From positions 1-35,565 of the IMG/VR virus record IMGVR_UViG_3300032227_000133: a stretch of 35,565 nucleotides of DNA, one strand, 5' to 3'. Position numbers and translations under genes: made by a program. The notes beneath the pieces are model-generated. The model did no database searches and was not told the origin of the DNA. It saw only the letters and a program-made list of their open reading frames with translations. This document shows positions 24,401-33,626 of the stretch, piece after piece. Each line of letters starts with the position of its first letter. The stretch's first letter is position 1. The stretch comes from a virus. Its lineage: Duplodnaviria; Caudoviricetes.

Positions 24401-27327
24401 AAGAAATAATTCCTGCTATTCCTAAACTTCCAGAAGGCTATTCTTTTGTAAAAGTAGCACCTAATACTGGCAAGGGTTCGTTACCTGCCGTTGATGTTAT
24501 GAAAGATGGCAAAGTTGCTGCTACGCTTTCTTGGAATCCAGAAACAAACGTTGTTGAAAGTGTCTTTGTTGCTGCTGAATCTCGCAGAAAAGGTATTGCT
24601 AAGGCTTTGTGGGCAGAAGCAAAGAAAGCCAACCCTGCTTTAAAGCATTCAGAATACAGAACACCAGAAGGTGATATTTTTGCACATGCTGTAGGTGGTC
24701 CTGTTCCAGAACTTAAAGTTATGGGAACATGGACTAATAAAGAATATGAAGCAGCATTGAAGCGTGCAGAAGATGCTGCTAATAAAGTACCAGAGCGTCC
24801 ATTTACATGGGTTGTTACAAATAAAGTTATGAATCCTGGTACAGATTATGAAAAGGTTCTTACACAAGAACAACTTCTTACATCTATCAAACGATTTAAT
24901 GGACGTTTTGGTCAAACATTTGGGCTACGTGCAGCAGGTAAGTCTGCTTCACAGATTACAGATGCAATTGTACGTAAAAGCATGGGTGAATTATACGTGG
25001 TATTCCACGGTGCATCTGATGCGTTTAACCGCCCATTATTAGATGCGGTTCGTGGCAGACTAGAAGAGGCTGCTACAAAAATTAAGAAGCGCGGCGACTT
25101 TAAAAAGTCAGATGAATACCTACGCCAGTACGCAGGTAAAGAATTACCTAAGAGTGAAGCAACAGAAAAGGCTCGCCGTGCTTATGAAGCACGTATGAAG
25201 TCTCCTTCGTACCATATTAGCCAGATGGCTTACTCAGATTTTGAAGTACTAGTTAAAGACCACCCAATTCAGGGTATGTTAAAAACTCAGTACGATTTCC
25301 CTGGACTAATTGATAGCGCTGAAAGCGCATTCAAGAAGTTTGGCGAGATTCCGTGGAAGATGATGGACAGACAACTTACCGACTTATACCGTGCAGATGC
25401 ATTTGGTATTAAGGTTATGCAACAGCGTAGCAAAATGCAGGCTGATGAAATGCAGATGGTAAAAGACCTTATTAAAAACGGTGTAGATGAAGATGCCGCT
25501 AGATTACAGGCTGACCTATTCTTTGATAGCCGTGCTACACATAATGCTGCTGATGAACTAATGAAGTATGCTGATAACCCAGATGTACGCTCACAAATGG
25601 CGTGGAATCTACGTGGTGTTGGACGTTTCTATCGTGCATCTGAAGATTATATTCGCCGTTATACACGTTATCTTGTTGCACATCCTGATAAAGTTATTTA
25701 TCGCACGGGTCATTTGAGTCAAGCAACATCAGGTTCTGGTGTTGTTTATACAGATGATAAGGGCAATCAGTATGTAATGATTCCTAATGATGGTCTTATT
25801 TGGGGTATGGTTGCCCCTGCTTTGACTGCACTAACTGACCCAGTAAAGGCAGTAGTTAACCTAGCACAGGGTAACTGGGACTTCTTTAAGCAGCCACAGT
25901 GGAATCAATACAGCGCAAAACTATCTTTACTTAACCCATCATACAATGATGCAGCAGGTGTTCCATCACTTACTGGTCCTACTATGGCTATTCCAGCCCT
26001 TACCGTTCAGGCTTTGCTTAACGTAATTGGACGCGAATTAAATAATGAAGGCATCCTTAAGGTTGCCGATAACATTGACAACGTTGTTCTTGGTCCAGGT
26101 TCTGATAATACCAACTGGGTACGTGCAATAGTTCCAGTAATGCTAAACAATTTATGGGGTCAGTTTGACCCAGAACATAAAACTGGTATTCAGGCTACAA
26201 CGCTTATGCAAGCAGCCGCCAATCTAGAGGCTTCTGGCACTACAAAGATGAAGCCAGAAGACTGGATGGATTCGGCAAAAGTACAACAATACTATGACCG
26301 TTTAGGCATTGGTGTGCACAATCTTATTTCAGTTAAACTTGGATTTAATACTCTTGTGCCTACAACTCTTAGCACAAATGACCCTGATTTCCCAAATGAA
26401 CTACGCAAGGTAGGCATTCTTAGTTTCCGTCAAGAGTTTAGCGACATACTTCGTGCTGTTCTTGATGTCAACTCTAAATATGGTTACTACATGGATGACC
26501 CTATTGGTACAGCCGTATCAATGTTTACAGCATCTAATCCAGATAAGTTGATTTACACTGTAGGTGCAAACAATAAGGCTGCTAAAGCAGCCATTGCATA
26601 CACCAAAGAAACTAAGTTATGGACCATGAAGAACACAGAATTACTTCGTGATTATAATGATGTTGCTTGGGTATTTGCTCCTAACATTGGTAAGTACGAC
26701 CCATCTGTGGTTAAATATCTTGAAGCAGCGGATGTAATCCCTGGCAAGACTAACCCATTTAATGATAATGGTGCTGTATTAAAGCGCTATCTTCTTGATG
26801 TAGCCACAGTCCGTGCACGTAATGATTACTATAACGTAGACCGTCAGGTTCAAGCATTGTTTAATGACCCTAATAATCCTGACCGTAACTATGCAACATA
26901 TCGTTCAGAAATCCTACGTCAAGCACGTGATATTAAGTTTGCTATGAAGCAGGCTAATCCAGCGTTAGCGCTTCAACTGGGTACTAATCCAGTTATTCCA
27001 CGTAAAGAACTAATTGAACGTTTTAATCATTTAGACCAGATGGTTAATAATCCTAAGTACTTTGATAAGTTACCTAAAGGTCAGCGTTTACAGATGGCTC
27101 AGATGACAGCATTAACTAACCGTATGTTAATGGTATTAGAAGATACCAATGTACGTTCACAGTTTAATGGCGAAGAAACTATTAACAAGGTACGTGATGA
27201 GGGGCTTGAGTATCTCAAGAACTTTGCAGCGGGTAACGCTCCACTAACCGAAGCATACCAAAGCATTATCAAACCTTTAATTGATGATGTATATACCACT
27301 CCAACCGTAGCAATGAGCAAGGGATAA
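21445..27327 (+). CDS. Large internal virion/ejection-type protein, 1960 aa, with an embedded GNAT-like domain
   Basis: Size, helical character and position between portal and scaffold; VESVFVAAESRRKGIAKALW near 24550-24612. Confidence 0.7.
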   Translation: MSLINPNQPFPQPVNNALATANPTLYAASLAGQPTQEERAIQENIQRLLNKDRELTRITDAGKAWKEYNKLDPQIKQGLMFINEGAAYQKAPPSIIGQIGKAALTAVTEPFRMVFDVAEFYYKGINLPYKIASNVLDDSKPTSGDFKNLLARKTWTDAWDGHNQWDTKMLNQLENKYGKAESFLIRGIIDGKKPGDILREYGKLDNQMIAAVRKMSENGSDWKTAFGEHKAGQVNPGNDFTNWMNREHPPSEGSLWSLIPLTLSSLTGVTSPDAYRAFEKSKEIDKWVIANPNPFAKGKDKYVSPSGTINFAYQIAVDPLTWLTGGTSKAVLKSEKLAETFVNAGKNNSATRVLDLFADPKVAALHEGLAKEVVALRTARDAGNDAEAALVRMRIARDYPKYDDEGVLNLLQKTKVLDDQERLVPITDLPTMIKFFEQGEHMNYIISGRVEGSRYYTENHVAIERSTRKITTGIKEAFDQVFNGVERRVAAGKDPIPEEVLESAAAFDRYFANRPEFKLVDPKQDEVVQALTTSGNRLQRTYNNAMAKHPPNVMVYTEDGMVVKSAGAFRDFARVIVGDKFQANMLTERFLRVTPEERINMLFSMFKLYTDKLGLASTVKGLDVQRAWLESIFAPIKGMGPIADIKMPEHLLVENMIDLPTGPSQILHTTEGISMPNFNEISEWIHSNVTLNAGFRRHFGISELTNAAWAKFLMNGWTKLTLFPKLGLKSAVDEGTIGAMVQEPAAILAFFTGKGSAIANTVAAYRGSTETYGLVKSKLLSISGKNPAEYVSPAQRRAMQQPVMVDASYTLPNGKVIQRQELVSADEYFGGTYEERLANMVIAKYAGKLSEQEQRWLATHLMNNSHAVEGMVQSQVARSFGNTMVEGTVQAEMYGKSPLTEAVEEWGRKDMGTFLTDEKMMLTTSERTAVHYDAFYRYFGKNTYKTSHGSVIDFGALFIKYNGLETAADGAAYVDEIMELLGWTKKEIIPAIPKLPEGYSFVKVAPNTGKGSLPAVDVMKDGKVAATLSWNPETNVVESVFVAAESRRKGIAKALWAEAKKANPALKHSEYRTPEGDIFAHAVGGPVPELKVMGTWTNKEYEAALKRAEDAANKVPERPFTWVVTNKVMNPGTDYEKVLTQEQLLTSIKRFNGRFGQTFGLRAAGKSASQITDAIVRKSMGELYVVFHGASDAFNRPLLDAVRGRLEEAATKIKKRGDFKKSDEYLRQYAGKELPKSEATEKARRAYEARMKSPSYHISQMAYSDFEVLVKDHPIQGMLKTQYDFPGLIDSAESAFKKFGEIPWKMMDRQLTDLYRADAFGIKVMQQRSKMQADEMQMVKDLIKNGVDEDAARLQADLFFDSRATHNAADELMKYADNPDVRSQMAWNLRGVGRFYRASEDYIRRYTRYLVAHPDKVIYRTGHLSQATSGSGVVYTDDKGNQYVMIPNDGLIWGMVAPALTALTDPVKAVVNLAQGNWDFFKQPQWNQYSAKLSLLNPSYNDAAGVPSLTGPTMAIPALTVQALLNVIGRELNNEGILKVADNIDNVVLGPGSDNTNWVRAIVPVMLNNLWGQFDPEHKTGIQATTLMQAAANLEASGTTKMKPEDWMDSAKVQQYYDRLGIGVHNLISVKLGFNTLVPTTLSTNDPDFPNELRKVGILSFRQEFSDILRAVLDVNSKYGYYMDDPIGTAVSMFTASNPDKLIYTVGANNKAAKAAIAYTKETKLWTMKNTELLRDYNDVAWVFAPNIGKYDPSVVKYLEAADVIPGKTNPFNDNGAVLKRYLLDVATVRARNDYYNVDRQVQALFNDPNNPDRNYATYRSEILRQARDIKFAMKQANPALALQLGTNPVIPRKELIERFNHLDQMVNNPKYFDKLPKGQRLQMAQMTALTNRMLMVLEDTNVRSQFNGEETINKVRDEGLEYLKNFAAGNAPLTEAYQSIIKPLIDDVYTTPTVAMSKG

Positions 27328-27329
27328 AG

Positions 27330-28853
27330 ATGGCAGACCCAAAACCAAAACCAACGCCTTCAGCGGCTTCATCATACGGTCCTGCTACCGCAGCAAACAA
27401 CGCTATTAAGCCAACTGCAACACCTAAACCTACGCCTACTAAAAGCGGTACTCCTACACCTAAGCCATCTGCGCCAGGAACAGGTAACACTGAACCTATT
27501 AAACCACTGCCTAAGGGTGTACAAACAGATTACGTTGCATTTACAGATGGCTCTATTGTACTTAATAGTGCTGGTAGTGCAGGTGCTGTAGCCACAGAAC
27601 CTTATGTATCTTCTCGTCCTACTGCTACCAATACACAGCCAAAGGCTGTTGTAGTACTGCCAAAGTTCAATGCTGCTGGAGACCAGACTGGTTTTACTCT
27701 TACAGACATTGATGCACAGGTTGATAAGATTCTTGCAGAAGTTCCACGTGCAAACATTGAATACTTTAAGACTCAGTTAAAGTCTTACTACCAGAACCAA
27801 ACTGCATTTAAGACTTCTATTGCTGCTGGACCTATGACCGATAAGGACTTGGGATTCCAAATGGCTATCAAGAAGGCTTTGATGGCTATATCTGTAGACA
27901 ATTACAATACTGGTAAGCAGATTGCTGGCGGTGCTAAGACCGCTAAGATGTATGATTTTAATCAGTTTGTACAAACACGTACTCCAGTTCCAACTCCAAC
28001 TAGTGAAAGCGCACGTACTAGCGGTCTTACGGTTAAGGAAGATGCCTATGCTGAGTTTGACCGTACTGTTAAGCAGTATGTTGGAGACCCTGCACTTGTT
28101 AATGAAGTTAAAGCATTACGCGAAGAATACTGGCAACGCCTACACAAGGCTGAACTAGCACGTCAAAGCACAGGTACTAGCGTAACTGACATCTTTGGAA
28201 ACCGTACTAGTACAACTACTGCATACACACAGATGTCTGAACAAGACCGTCTTGATTTGCGTCTTGGTTTGGTTGTTAATGGTGCTGCTATTACAGACCC
28301 TAAGACAAAACTAAAAACCGTTATTAGTACTGGTATTACACAGACAGCAGCAGATGACCTAGAAGAAGCAGGCGCACTTATTGGTGCGTCATATGGAAAA
28401 CTGCGTGCAGTTGCAGCCGACTATGGTATTGAATTAACACATACTGACTTGCTTAATCGTTCTCGCAATGCTGTAAAGCCTGGCAGTGTAACTACTGGCA
28501 TTAGTCCTGATGCTATGGCAACTGGACTAGAGCAAGAGGCTAATAGTATTAAGCAAGCAGCCAAGATTAAGTTTAAGACTCTTGCACCATACATTGACCA
28601 GGGTTTAAAGGTTACTGATATTGCATCTAACTTCCAACGTATAAAAGAAAATGAATACGGATTAGTTGCTAATACAGTAAATGTATATGACCCTGATGTA
28701 CAGAATGCAATTAGCGGTGACAAAATTTATTCAAATAACGACTTCATTCTTGGAGTACGTTCTAAACCAGAGTGGCGTAAAACACCAAAGGCTAATGAAA
28801 TGGCAGCATCTTTCATTAATACTCTACTCAAGACATGGGGCAAGGTAGGCTAA
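27330..28853 (+). CDS. Putative internal virion protein with Pro/Thr/Lys-rich N-terminus
   Basis: 507 aa, second of three large genes in the cassette. Confidence 0.6.
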   Translation: MADPKPKPTPSAASSYGPATAANNAIKPTATPKPTPTKSGTPTPKPSAPGTGNTEPIKPLPKGVQTDYVAFTDGSIVLNSAGSAGAVATEPYVSSRPTATNTQPKAVVVLPKFNAAGDQTGFTLTDIDAQVDKILAEVPRANIEYFKTQLKSYYQNQTAFKTSIAAGPMTDKDLGFQMAIKKALMAISVDNYNTGKQIAGGAKTAKMYDFNQFVQTRTPVPTPTSESARTSGLTVKEDAYAEFDRTVKQYVGDPALVNEVKALREEYWQRLHKAELARQSTGTSVTDIFGNRTSTTTAYTQMSEQDRLDLRLGLVVNGAAITDPKTKLKTVISTGITQTAADDLEEAGALIGASYGKLRAVAADYGIELTHTDLLNRSRNAVKPGSVTTGISPDAMATGLEQEANSIKQAAKIKFKTLAPYIDQGLKVTDIASNFQRIKENEYGLVANTVNVYDPDVQNAISGDKIYSNNDFILGVRSKPEWRKTPKANEMAASFINTLLKTWGKVG

Positions 28854-30310
28854 TGGCAGATACAGTAAAGGTAAAATCTGGTGATACCCTTAGTGGTATT
28901 GCTGCTAAGGCTGGCGTATCTCTTGCTGCTGTAAAGGCTGCTAATCCACAGATTACAAATCCTAATCTTATTAAACCTAATCAAGTTATTAATTTACCCG
29001 CTGCTGCACCCGCAAAAGCGGCTGCTGCTCCTGTATTTAATAACGACCCAGCAACAATTGCATTACAGCGTTTAACTTCTGGTCAGTCATTAACACCAGA
29101 GCAAAGAACTTTGCTTGGTATGAGTAATCCAACAACAACTAAAATTGTTGAACCTGACCCTAATGCAACTCCTAAAGTTAAAAAAGAAGTTAGCCGCAAA
29201 ACAAATCCTAACGGCACAATTACTATTACATATGATGATGGCACATCTGAAACAATTGGCACACCAAATGAAGACACACCAGATTCAGGCGATTCAGTAG
29301 TAAGTGTTTACACTGACCCTGAAACTGGCGACATCTATCAAGTATGGAAAAGTGGTAAGCGCACTCTTCTTCAGGCTGGTACTAAAGCCGCAGATGCTGC
29401 TGCCGCTGCTAATAAAGCACGTTATGATGCAGAGCAAGCAGCCCTTGCTAAAGCAGCAGCAGAACGTGCAGAAAAACGTGATGCTTTTGCATTAGTGCAA
29501 GACACTATGCGTTCATATGGTTTTACAGATGCTGAGTTGTCAGAACTATCTGGTTATATTGAATCATCAATTATTGACCCTAATATAGGACCAAACGCAG
29601 CCATACTTGGTATGCGTAATCTTAAGGTTTATAAGCAACGCTTTGCTGGTAATGAAGAACGTGTTAAAAAGGGACTTAATGCTTTGTCCGAAGGTGAATA
29701 CCTTCAGCAAGAAAAAGATTATGGACAATACTTTAGAGAGTATGGTGTCCAAGACCTTGCTACACGCGAGCGCATGGGTACTCTTATTGGCAACGACATT
29801 TCTGCTACTGAGGCTAAAAATCGTATTGGTCTTGCAGTTGACCGTGTTAGGAATGCAGACCCTGTAGTTATGAGTGAGTTAAAAACTTATTATCCAACAC
29901 TTACAGATAAAGATTTAGTTTCATATTTCCTTAGCCCAACAGAATACTTGCCTGAATTAAAGCGCAAGGTAACTGCATCTGAAATTGGTGCTGCTGCAAT
30001 TGGTCAAGGCTTTAAGGGTGCTACTGATGCACTAGGTCTTGCTGATTATGGTCTTGACCGTGCTGCTGCACTAGCAGGATACGCAGACATTAAGAGCGTA
30101 TTGCCTACATCTGAAAAACTTAGCGACATTTATGGTGAAGCAGGTATTGATTATACCCAAGCAACTGGTGAGGCTGAGTTCCTTAAGCAGAACCAAGATG
30201 CAGCAGAAAAACGTAAACGTTTAAAGTCTATGGAACGAGCAAGTTTTATGGGCAGTACAGGCATGACAGGTAATGCTGGTCTTGCACAATCTACTCAAGG
30301 TAGATTCTAA
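28853..30310 (+). CDS. LysM-domain virion protein
   Basis: VKVKSGDTLSGIA...VSLAAVKAANPQITNPNLIKPNQVINLP; start at the TAATG overlap. Confidence 0.85.
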   Translation: MADTVKVKSGDTLSGIAAKAGVSLAAVKAANPQITNPNLIKPNQVINLPAAAPAKAAAAPVFNNDPATIALQRLTSGQSLTPEQRTLLGMSNPTTTKIVEPDPNATPKVKKEVSRKTNPNGTITITYDDGTSETIGTPNEDTPDSGDSVVSVYTDPETGDIYQVWKSGKRTLLQAGTKAADAAAAANKARYDAEQAALAKAAAERAEKRDAFALVQDTMRSYGFTDAELSELSGYIESSIIDPNIGPNAAILGMRNLKVYKQRFAGNEERVKKGLNALSEGEYLQQEKDYGQYFREYGVQDLATRERMGTLIGNDISATEAKNRIGLAVDRVRNADPVVMSELKTYYPTLTDKDLVSYFLSPTEYLPELKRKVTASEIGAAAIGQGFKGATDALGLADYGLDRAAALAGYADIKSVLPTSEKLSDIYGEAGIDYTQATGEAEFLKQNQDAAEKRKRLKSMERASFMGSTGMTGNAGLAQSTQGRF

Positions 30311-30318
30311 CTAACATC

Positions 30319-30402
30319 CCGAACGGACCGACCAGCCCCGTACGGCGTAACAGACTGGGAGTAGAAGCCAACACAGTTTCCCCGAACTATGTTGTGGTCT
30401 GC
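30319..30402 (+). ncRNA. Structured leader (pseudoknot plus long hairpin) upstream of the scaffold gene
   Basis: CCGAACGG/CCGTACGG stem; loop CCAG pairs with CTGG 30355-58; second hairpin GTAGA..CCAACAcAGTT/AACTaTGTTG.TGG.TCTGC. Confidence 0.5.
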
Positions 30403-30436
30403 GATTCAACTAATGAAGAATGGGAGAACGGTTGCT

Positions 30437-30916
30437 ATGACCAACCAATACTGGGACGAAGAAGAAGATGAAGTAGATACAACTCAAATGAACGATGGCG
30501 ATGCAATGAAACAATTGCGTAAGGCTAAGCGTGCAGATGAAAAACGTATTAAGGAACTCACAGATAAACTTGAAGCCTTTGATAAGGCTCAACGTGAGAC
30601 TGTCATCAAGAAAGTCCTAGAAGATAAAGGCGTAAGTCCAAAGGCTGCACGTCTGATTGTCCGTGAACTAGAAGGCGACATTACAGAAGACTCAGTTTCT
30701 AACTGGGTTGATGATAACGCTGAAGTATTCGGACTACAGATTCAACAGCAACAGACGCCTGAAAAAACAATTGACCGTGCGGCACTACGCCAACAGGACA
30801 TTGTTACTCAGCAGGCGTTTACGCCTGACCGTGCAGATGATGCATTGCTCCGTCTTAACAACGCTCAAAGCGCTGATGAGATTATCGCAATGATTCAATC
30901 TGGCGAATTTCAGTAA
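30437..30916 (+). CDS. Capsid scaffolding protein
   Basis: GGGAG RBS; acidic N-terminus, coiled coil, immediately before the capsid gene. Confidence 0.75.
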   Translation: MTNQYWDEEEDEVDTTQMNDGDAMKQLRKAKRADEKRIKELTDKLEAFDKAQRETVIKKVLEDKGVSPKAARLIVRELEGDITEDSVSNWVDDNAEVFGLQIQQQQTPEKTIDRAALRQQDIVTQQAFTPDRADDALLRLNNAQSADEIIAMIQSGEFQ

Positions 30917-30956
30917 AACTCAACCGAACTAATACCCTCAGAAGGAGGTGCAATAA

Positions 30957-32195
30957 ATGGCTAATGCATATGTATCTACCGCTTCCAACTCGCTTGGAGG
31001 TACAGTAGGCGCAGCAGGTCTCGTCCAGAAGGCTTACGACCGTCTGATTGAGTTCGCACTCCGTGCGCAACCACTCATCCGCTCAGTAGCAGATAAGACT
31101 CCAGCCCGTCAAAGCATCCCTGGTTCATCAGTTGTCTTGCAGCGTTATGTTGACTTGACACAGACTACTGCTTCACTAACAGAAACAGTTGACCCAGATG
31201 CTGTAGCAATGGCTACACCAACATACACCACAATCACTCTAGTTGAGCGTGGTAATGCAGTACTCGTAACACGTGCGTTGGAACTCTTCTCTCTTGCAGA
31301 TGTAGACCCAGCAATCGCTAACATCATTGCGTTCAACATGGCAGACTCACTTGACACAGTAGCGCAGAATGTTCTCGCTGACCGTGCATCAGGTTCTATC
31401 ATTAATGGAACAGCAAACACAGGAACAACAAACGTCTTCTACGGCGGAAGCGCAACAACTTCAAACGCTCTTACTTCTTCAGATGTTTTCACATCTGCTC
31501 TTGCTCGTAAGACAACTGCTAAGTTGCGTGCTAACAAGGCTATCCCACGCAAGGGTTCACTCTACTGGGCTGGTATCCACCCAGAAGTTGCTCTTGACCT
31601 ACGTGCGGAAACAGGCGTTGGTTCATGGCGTCAGCCACATGAGTATCAGTCAAATGATGCTATCTGGGCAGGCGAACTAGGAACATACGAAGGTGCATTC
31701 TATGTAGAATCACCACGTTTATTCTCTAACAAGACAGGTTCAGACCGCACAGCGCTTGCAACCACTTCAGTAACTGTCGCAGGAACATCAGGCGGAACAA
31801 CACTTGGTGTTGCTTCTTCTTCTGTTATTGCAACTCAGGCACAGCCTGGTGACAAGATTTCTGGAACTGGTATTGCAACAGGTGCGCTTATCGTATCTAT
31901 CGTAACATCAGGTTCAACTTCAACAATCACAGTTGATACTGCAAACACTGCCGCAGTCACAGCAACAACAGTTATTACTGTTACACCTGAGACAAAGGTA
32001 TTCAATACCTACTTTGCTGGACAGCAAGCATTGGCTGAAGCCGTTGCTGAAGAGCCACATGTAGTTATCGGACCAGTCGTTGACAAGTTAATGCGTCACC
32101 GTCCACTTGGATGGTACGGCGTTCTTGGTCAGGCTATCTACCGTCAAGAAGCACTCTACCGTGTAGAGACTTCTTCTTCAATTAACTACGTTTAA
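30957..32195 (+). CDS. Major capsid protein (N4-gp56-like HK97 fold)
   Basis: Strong AAGGAGGT RBS, biased codons, IHPEVALDLR and GELGTYEGAFYVESPR motifs. Confidence 0.9.
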   Translation: MANAYVSTASNSLGGTVGAAGLVQKAYDRLIEFALRAQPLIRSVADKTPARQSIPGSSVVLQRYVDLTQTTASLTETVDPDAVAMATPTYTTITLVERGNAVLVTRALELFSLADVDPAIANIIAFNMADSLDTVAQNVLADRASGSIINGTANTGTTNVFYGGSATTSNALTSSDVFTSALARKTTAKLRANKAIPRKGSLYWAGIHPEVALDLRAETGVGSWRQPHEYQSNDAIWAGELGTYEGAFYVESPRLFSNKTGSDRTALATTSVTVAGTSGGTTLGVASSSVIATQAQPGDKISGTGIATGALIVSIVTSGSTSTITVDTANTAAVTATTVITVTPETKVFNTYFAGQQALAEAVAEEPHVVIGPVVDKLMRHRPLGWYGVLGQAIYRQEALYRVETSSSINYV

Positions 32196-32202
32196 TTGAC
32201 GG

Positions 32203-32233
32203 ATGGGCAGGGGCAGCAATGTTCCTGCCTATC
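32203..32233 (+). terminator. Hairpin after the capsid gene (attenuator or stabiliser, no U tract)
   Basis: GATGGGCAGGGGCA-GCAA-TGTTCCTGCCTATC, GNRA loop with G-U pairs on +. Confidence 0.6.
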
Positions 32234-32256
32234 AGTAAGTTAACCATAGGAGACTA

Positions 32257-32517
32257 ATGACTACTTATATTTTAACCCCTCCAACGGAGGAGTACGGTCC
32301 AGCAGGCGGTGGACGTTTGTTCATTCGTTATCGCTTGACACGCGGTAAGAGTCTACAACGTAACAACGGCGTATGGTCTGAAACAACTTTCCCTACAGAA
32401 GATGTAATTGCAGCAGCCGACATATTTTATGTAGGTGGACATGAATACGTTATACCTGCATATCAGGCTCAAGAACTAATTGCTCAGGGATACGGAGCAT
32501 ACGTAAGGGAACAATAA
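32257..32517 (+). CDS. Hypothetical virion-region protein
   Basis: AGGAG RBS, 86 aa. Confidence 0.75.
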   Translation: MTTYILTPPTEEYGPAGGGRLFIRYRLTRGKSLQRNNGVWSETTFPTEDVIAAADIFYVGGHEYVIPAYQAQELIAQGYGAYVREQ

Positions 32518-32996
32518 TGAATAAGTGTATTGAAGAGGGACATGCTGGCAAAGTAGTTAAAGATGGCTACAGGCTAGAAAACGGACAGATGCATTTTACG
32601 GTTGAACTTTGGGGTTGTACACGCTGTGATGCTACATCACAAACAGCATGGGAAGATGCTGGTGAATACAAGCCTAAAGTAATTGACCATAGTGATTGTG
32701 ATAACAATCCTTGTTTTGGCTGCAAGGCTAAAGGTTTACAACTAGCAACTGGTGATGCATCTGGTCACATTATTGCTAGTGGTACAACTCAAAAGAAGTG
32801 GGACAAAGAACTAGATTTCTACAGAGATGCACGCTCTCAAGGTATTCAACCAGAAAGCACAAATCGCAAGGCTGTAGAAAAAGCCATAGAAGCATCAGAG
32901 GTTTTAAACAAACCTTACAGTGGTGAAACTATGGTAAAGGCTAAAGATATAAATAAAGAAACCGTAGCAGTAATGAAAGAGATAGGACAAATCTAA
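32517..32996 (+). CDS. Hypothetical Cys/His-containing protein
   Basis: CTRC and C...CFGCK motifs; TAATG coupled. Confidence 0.7.
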   Translation: MNKCIEEGHAGKVVKDGYRLENGQMHFTVELWGCTRCDATSQTAWEDAGEYKPKVIDHSDCDNNPCFGCKAKGLQLATGDASGHIIASGTTQKKWDKELDFYRDARSQGIQPESTNRKAVEKAIEASEVLNKPYSGETMVKAKDINKETVAVMKEIGQI

Positions 32997-33199
32997 TGGC
33001 AGCAATGAAGAAGGCAGCCGCTATGTCAATGAAAAAAGACATGAAGCAGGATGCAAAAATGATGATGGGCATGAAGCCTAAGCAAAAGGCAGCCTTCAAA
33101 AAGGCTGACAAGAAGATGGATGCAAAGAAGCCAACGGCTAAGGCAGACATGCGTATGGACATGGCTCTTCGTAAGCGCGTAATGAAGAAGGGCAAGTAA
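32996..33199 (+). CDS. Met/Lys-rich small basic protein
   Basis: 67 aa with about 14 Met and 20 Lys; TAATG coupled. Confidence 0.7.
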   Translation: MAAMKKAAAMSMKKDMKQDAKMMMGMKPKQKAAFKKADKKMDAKKPTAKADMRMDMALRKRVMKKGK

Positions 33200-33201
33200 T
33201 C

Positions 33202-33390
33202 ATGTGTACAGCATGTGGATGTGCAGACCGCGCAGTAACTATTGACGCACCAGTGCGTACAAACACCAAGAGTGCAGGAACTCCATCTTATGTTGGTGGT
33301 TCACTTGTTGGTGGACAAGAACTACACAACTCTGACGGAAGTGTAATCAACGGCTGGAATGTTCCAGCACCATACGGAAAAGGAAACTAA
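33202..33390 (+). CDS. Small protein with MCxxCGC N-terminus
   Basis: MCTACGC; packed in the operon. Confidence 0.65.
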   Translation: MCTACGCADRAVTIDAPVRTNTKSAGTPSYVGGSLVGGQELHNSDGSVINGWNVPAPYGKGN

Positions 33391-33392
33391 AC

Positions 33393-33626
33393 ATGGCTAA
33401 CGAATATATGAACTCAAACGTATTTGGTGCTGGACTACAAATTCCAGTAAAGATGCGTAAGGCTGCTACAGATAAGTCTTCAGTAAACAAGGACTTTGGT
33501 GGCGGAGTAGGACCAGGACAAGCACCTATGTCAGCACCACGCTCAGGAGCAGGAACCGCTAGCGGTCCAGCAACTGTAGTACAAGGTGTTTACACACAGC
33601 CTACAGTAGGTGGCGGTAAGTTCTAA
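33393..33626 (+). CDS. Small Gly-rich protein
   Basis: AAGGA RBS; packed in the operon. Confidence 0.65.
   Translation: MANEYMNSNVFGAGLQIPVKMRKAATDKSSVNKDFGGGVGPGQAPMSAPRSGAGTASGPATVVQGVYTQPTVGGGKF

Noticed and set aside
21445-27327. Virion RNA polymerase or tape measure call for the 1960 aa protein
   Set aside because: No polymerase catalytic motifs or tape-measure repeats recognised; no tail tube or chaperone context.
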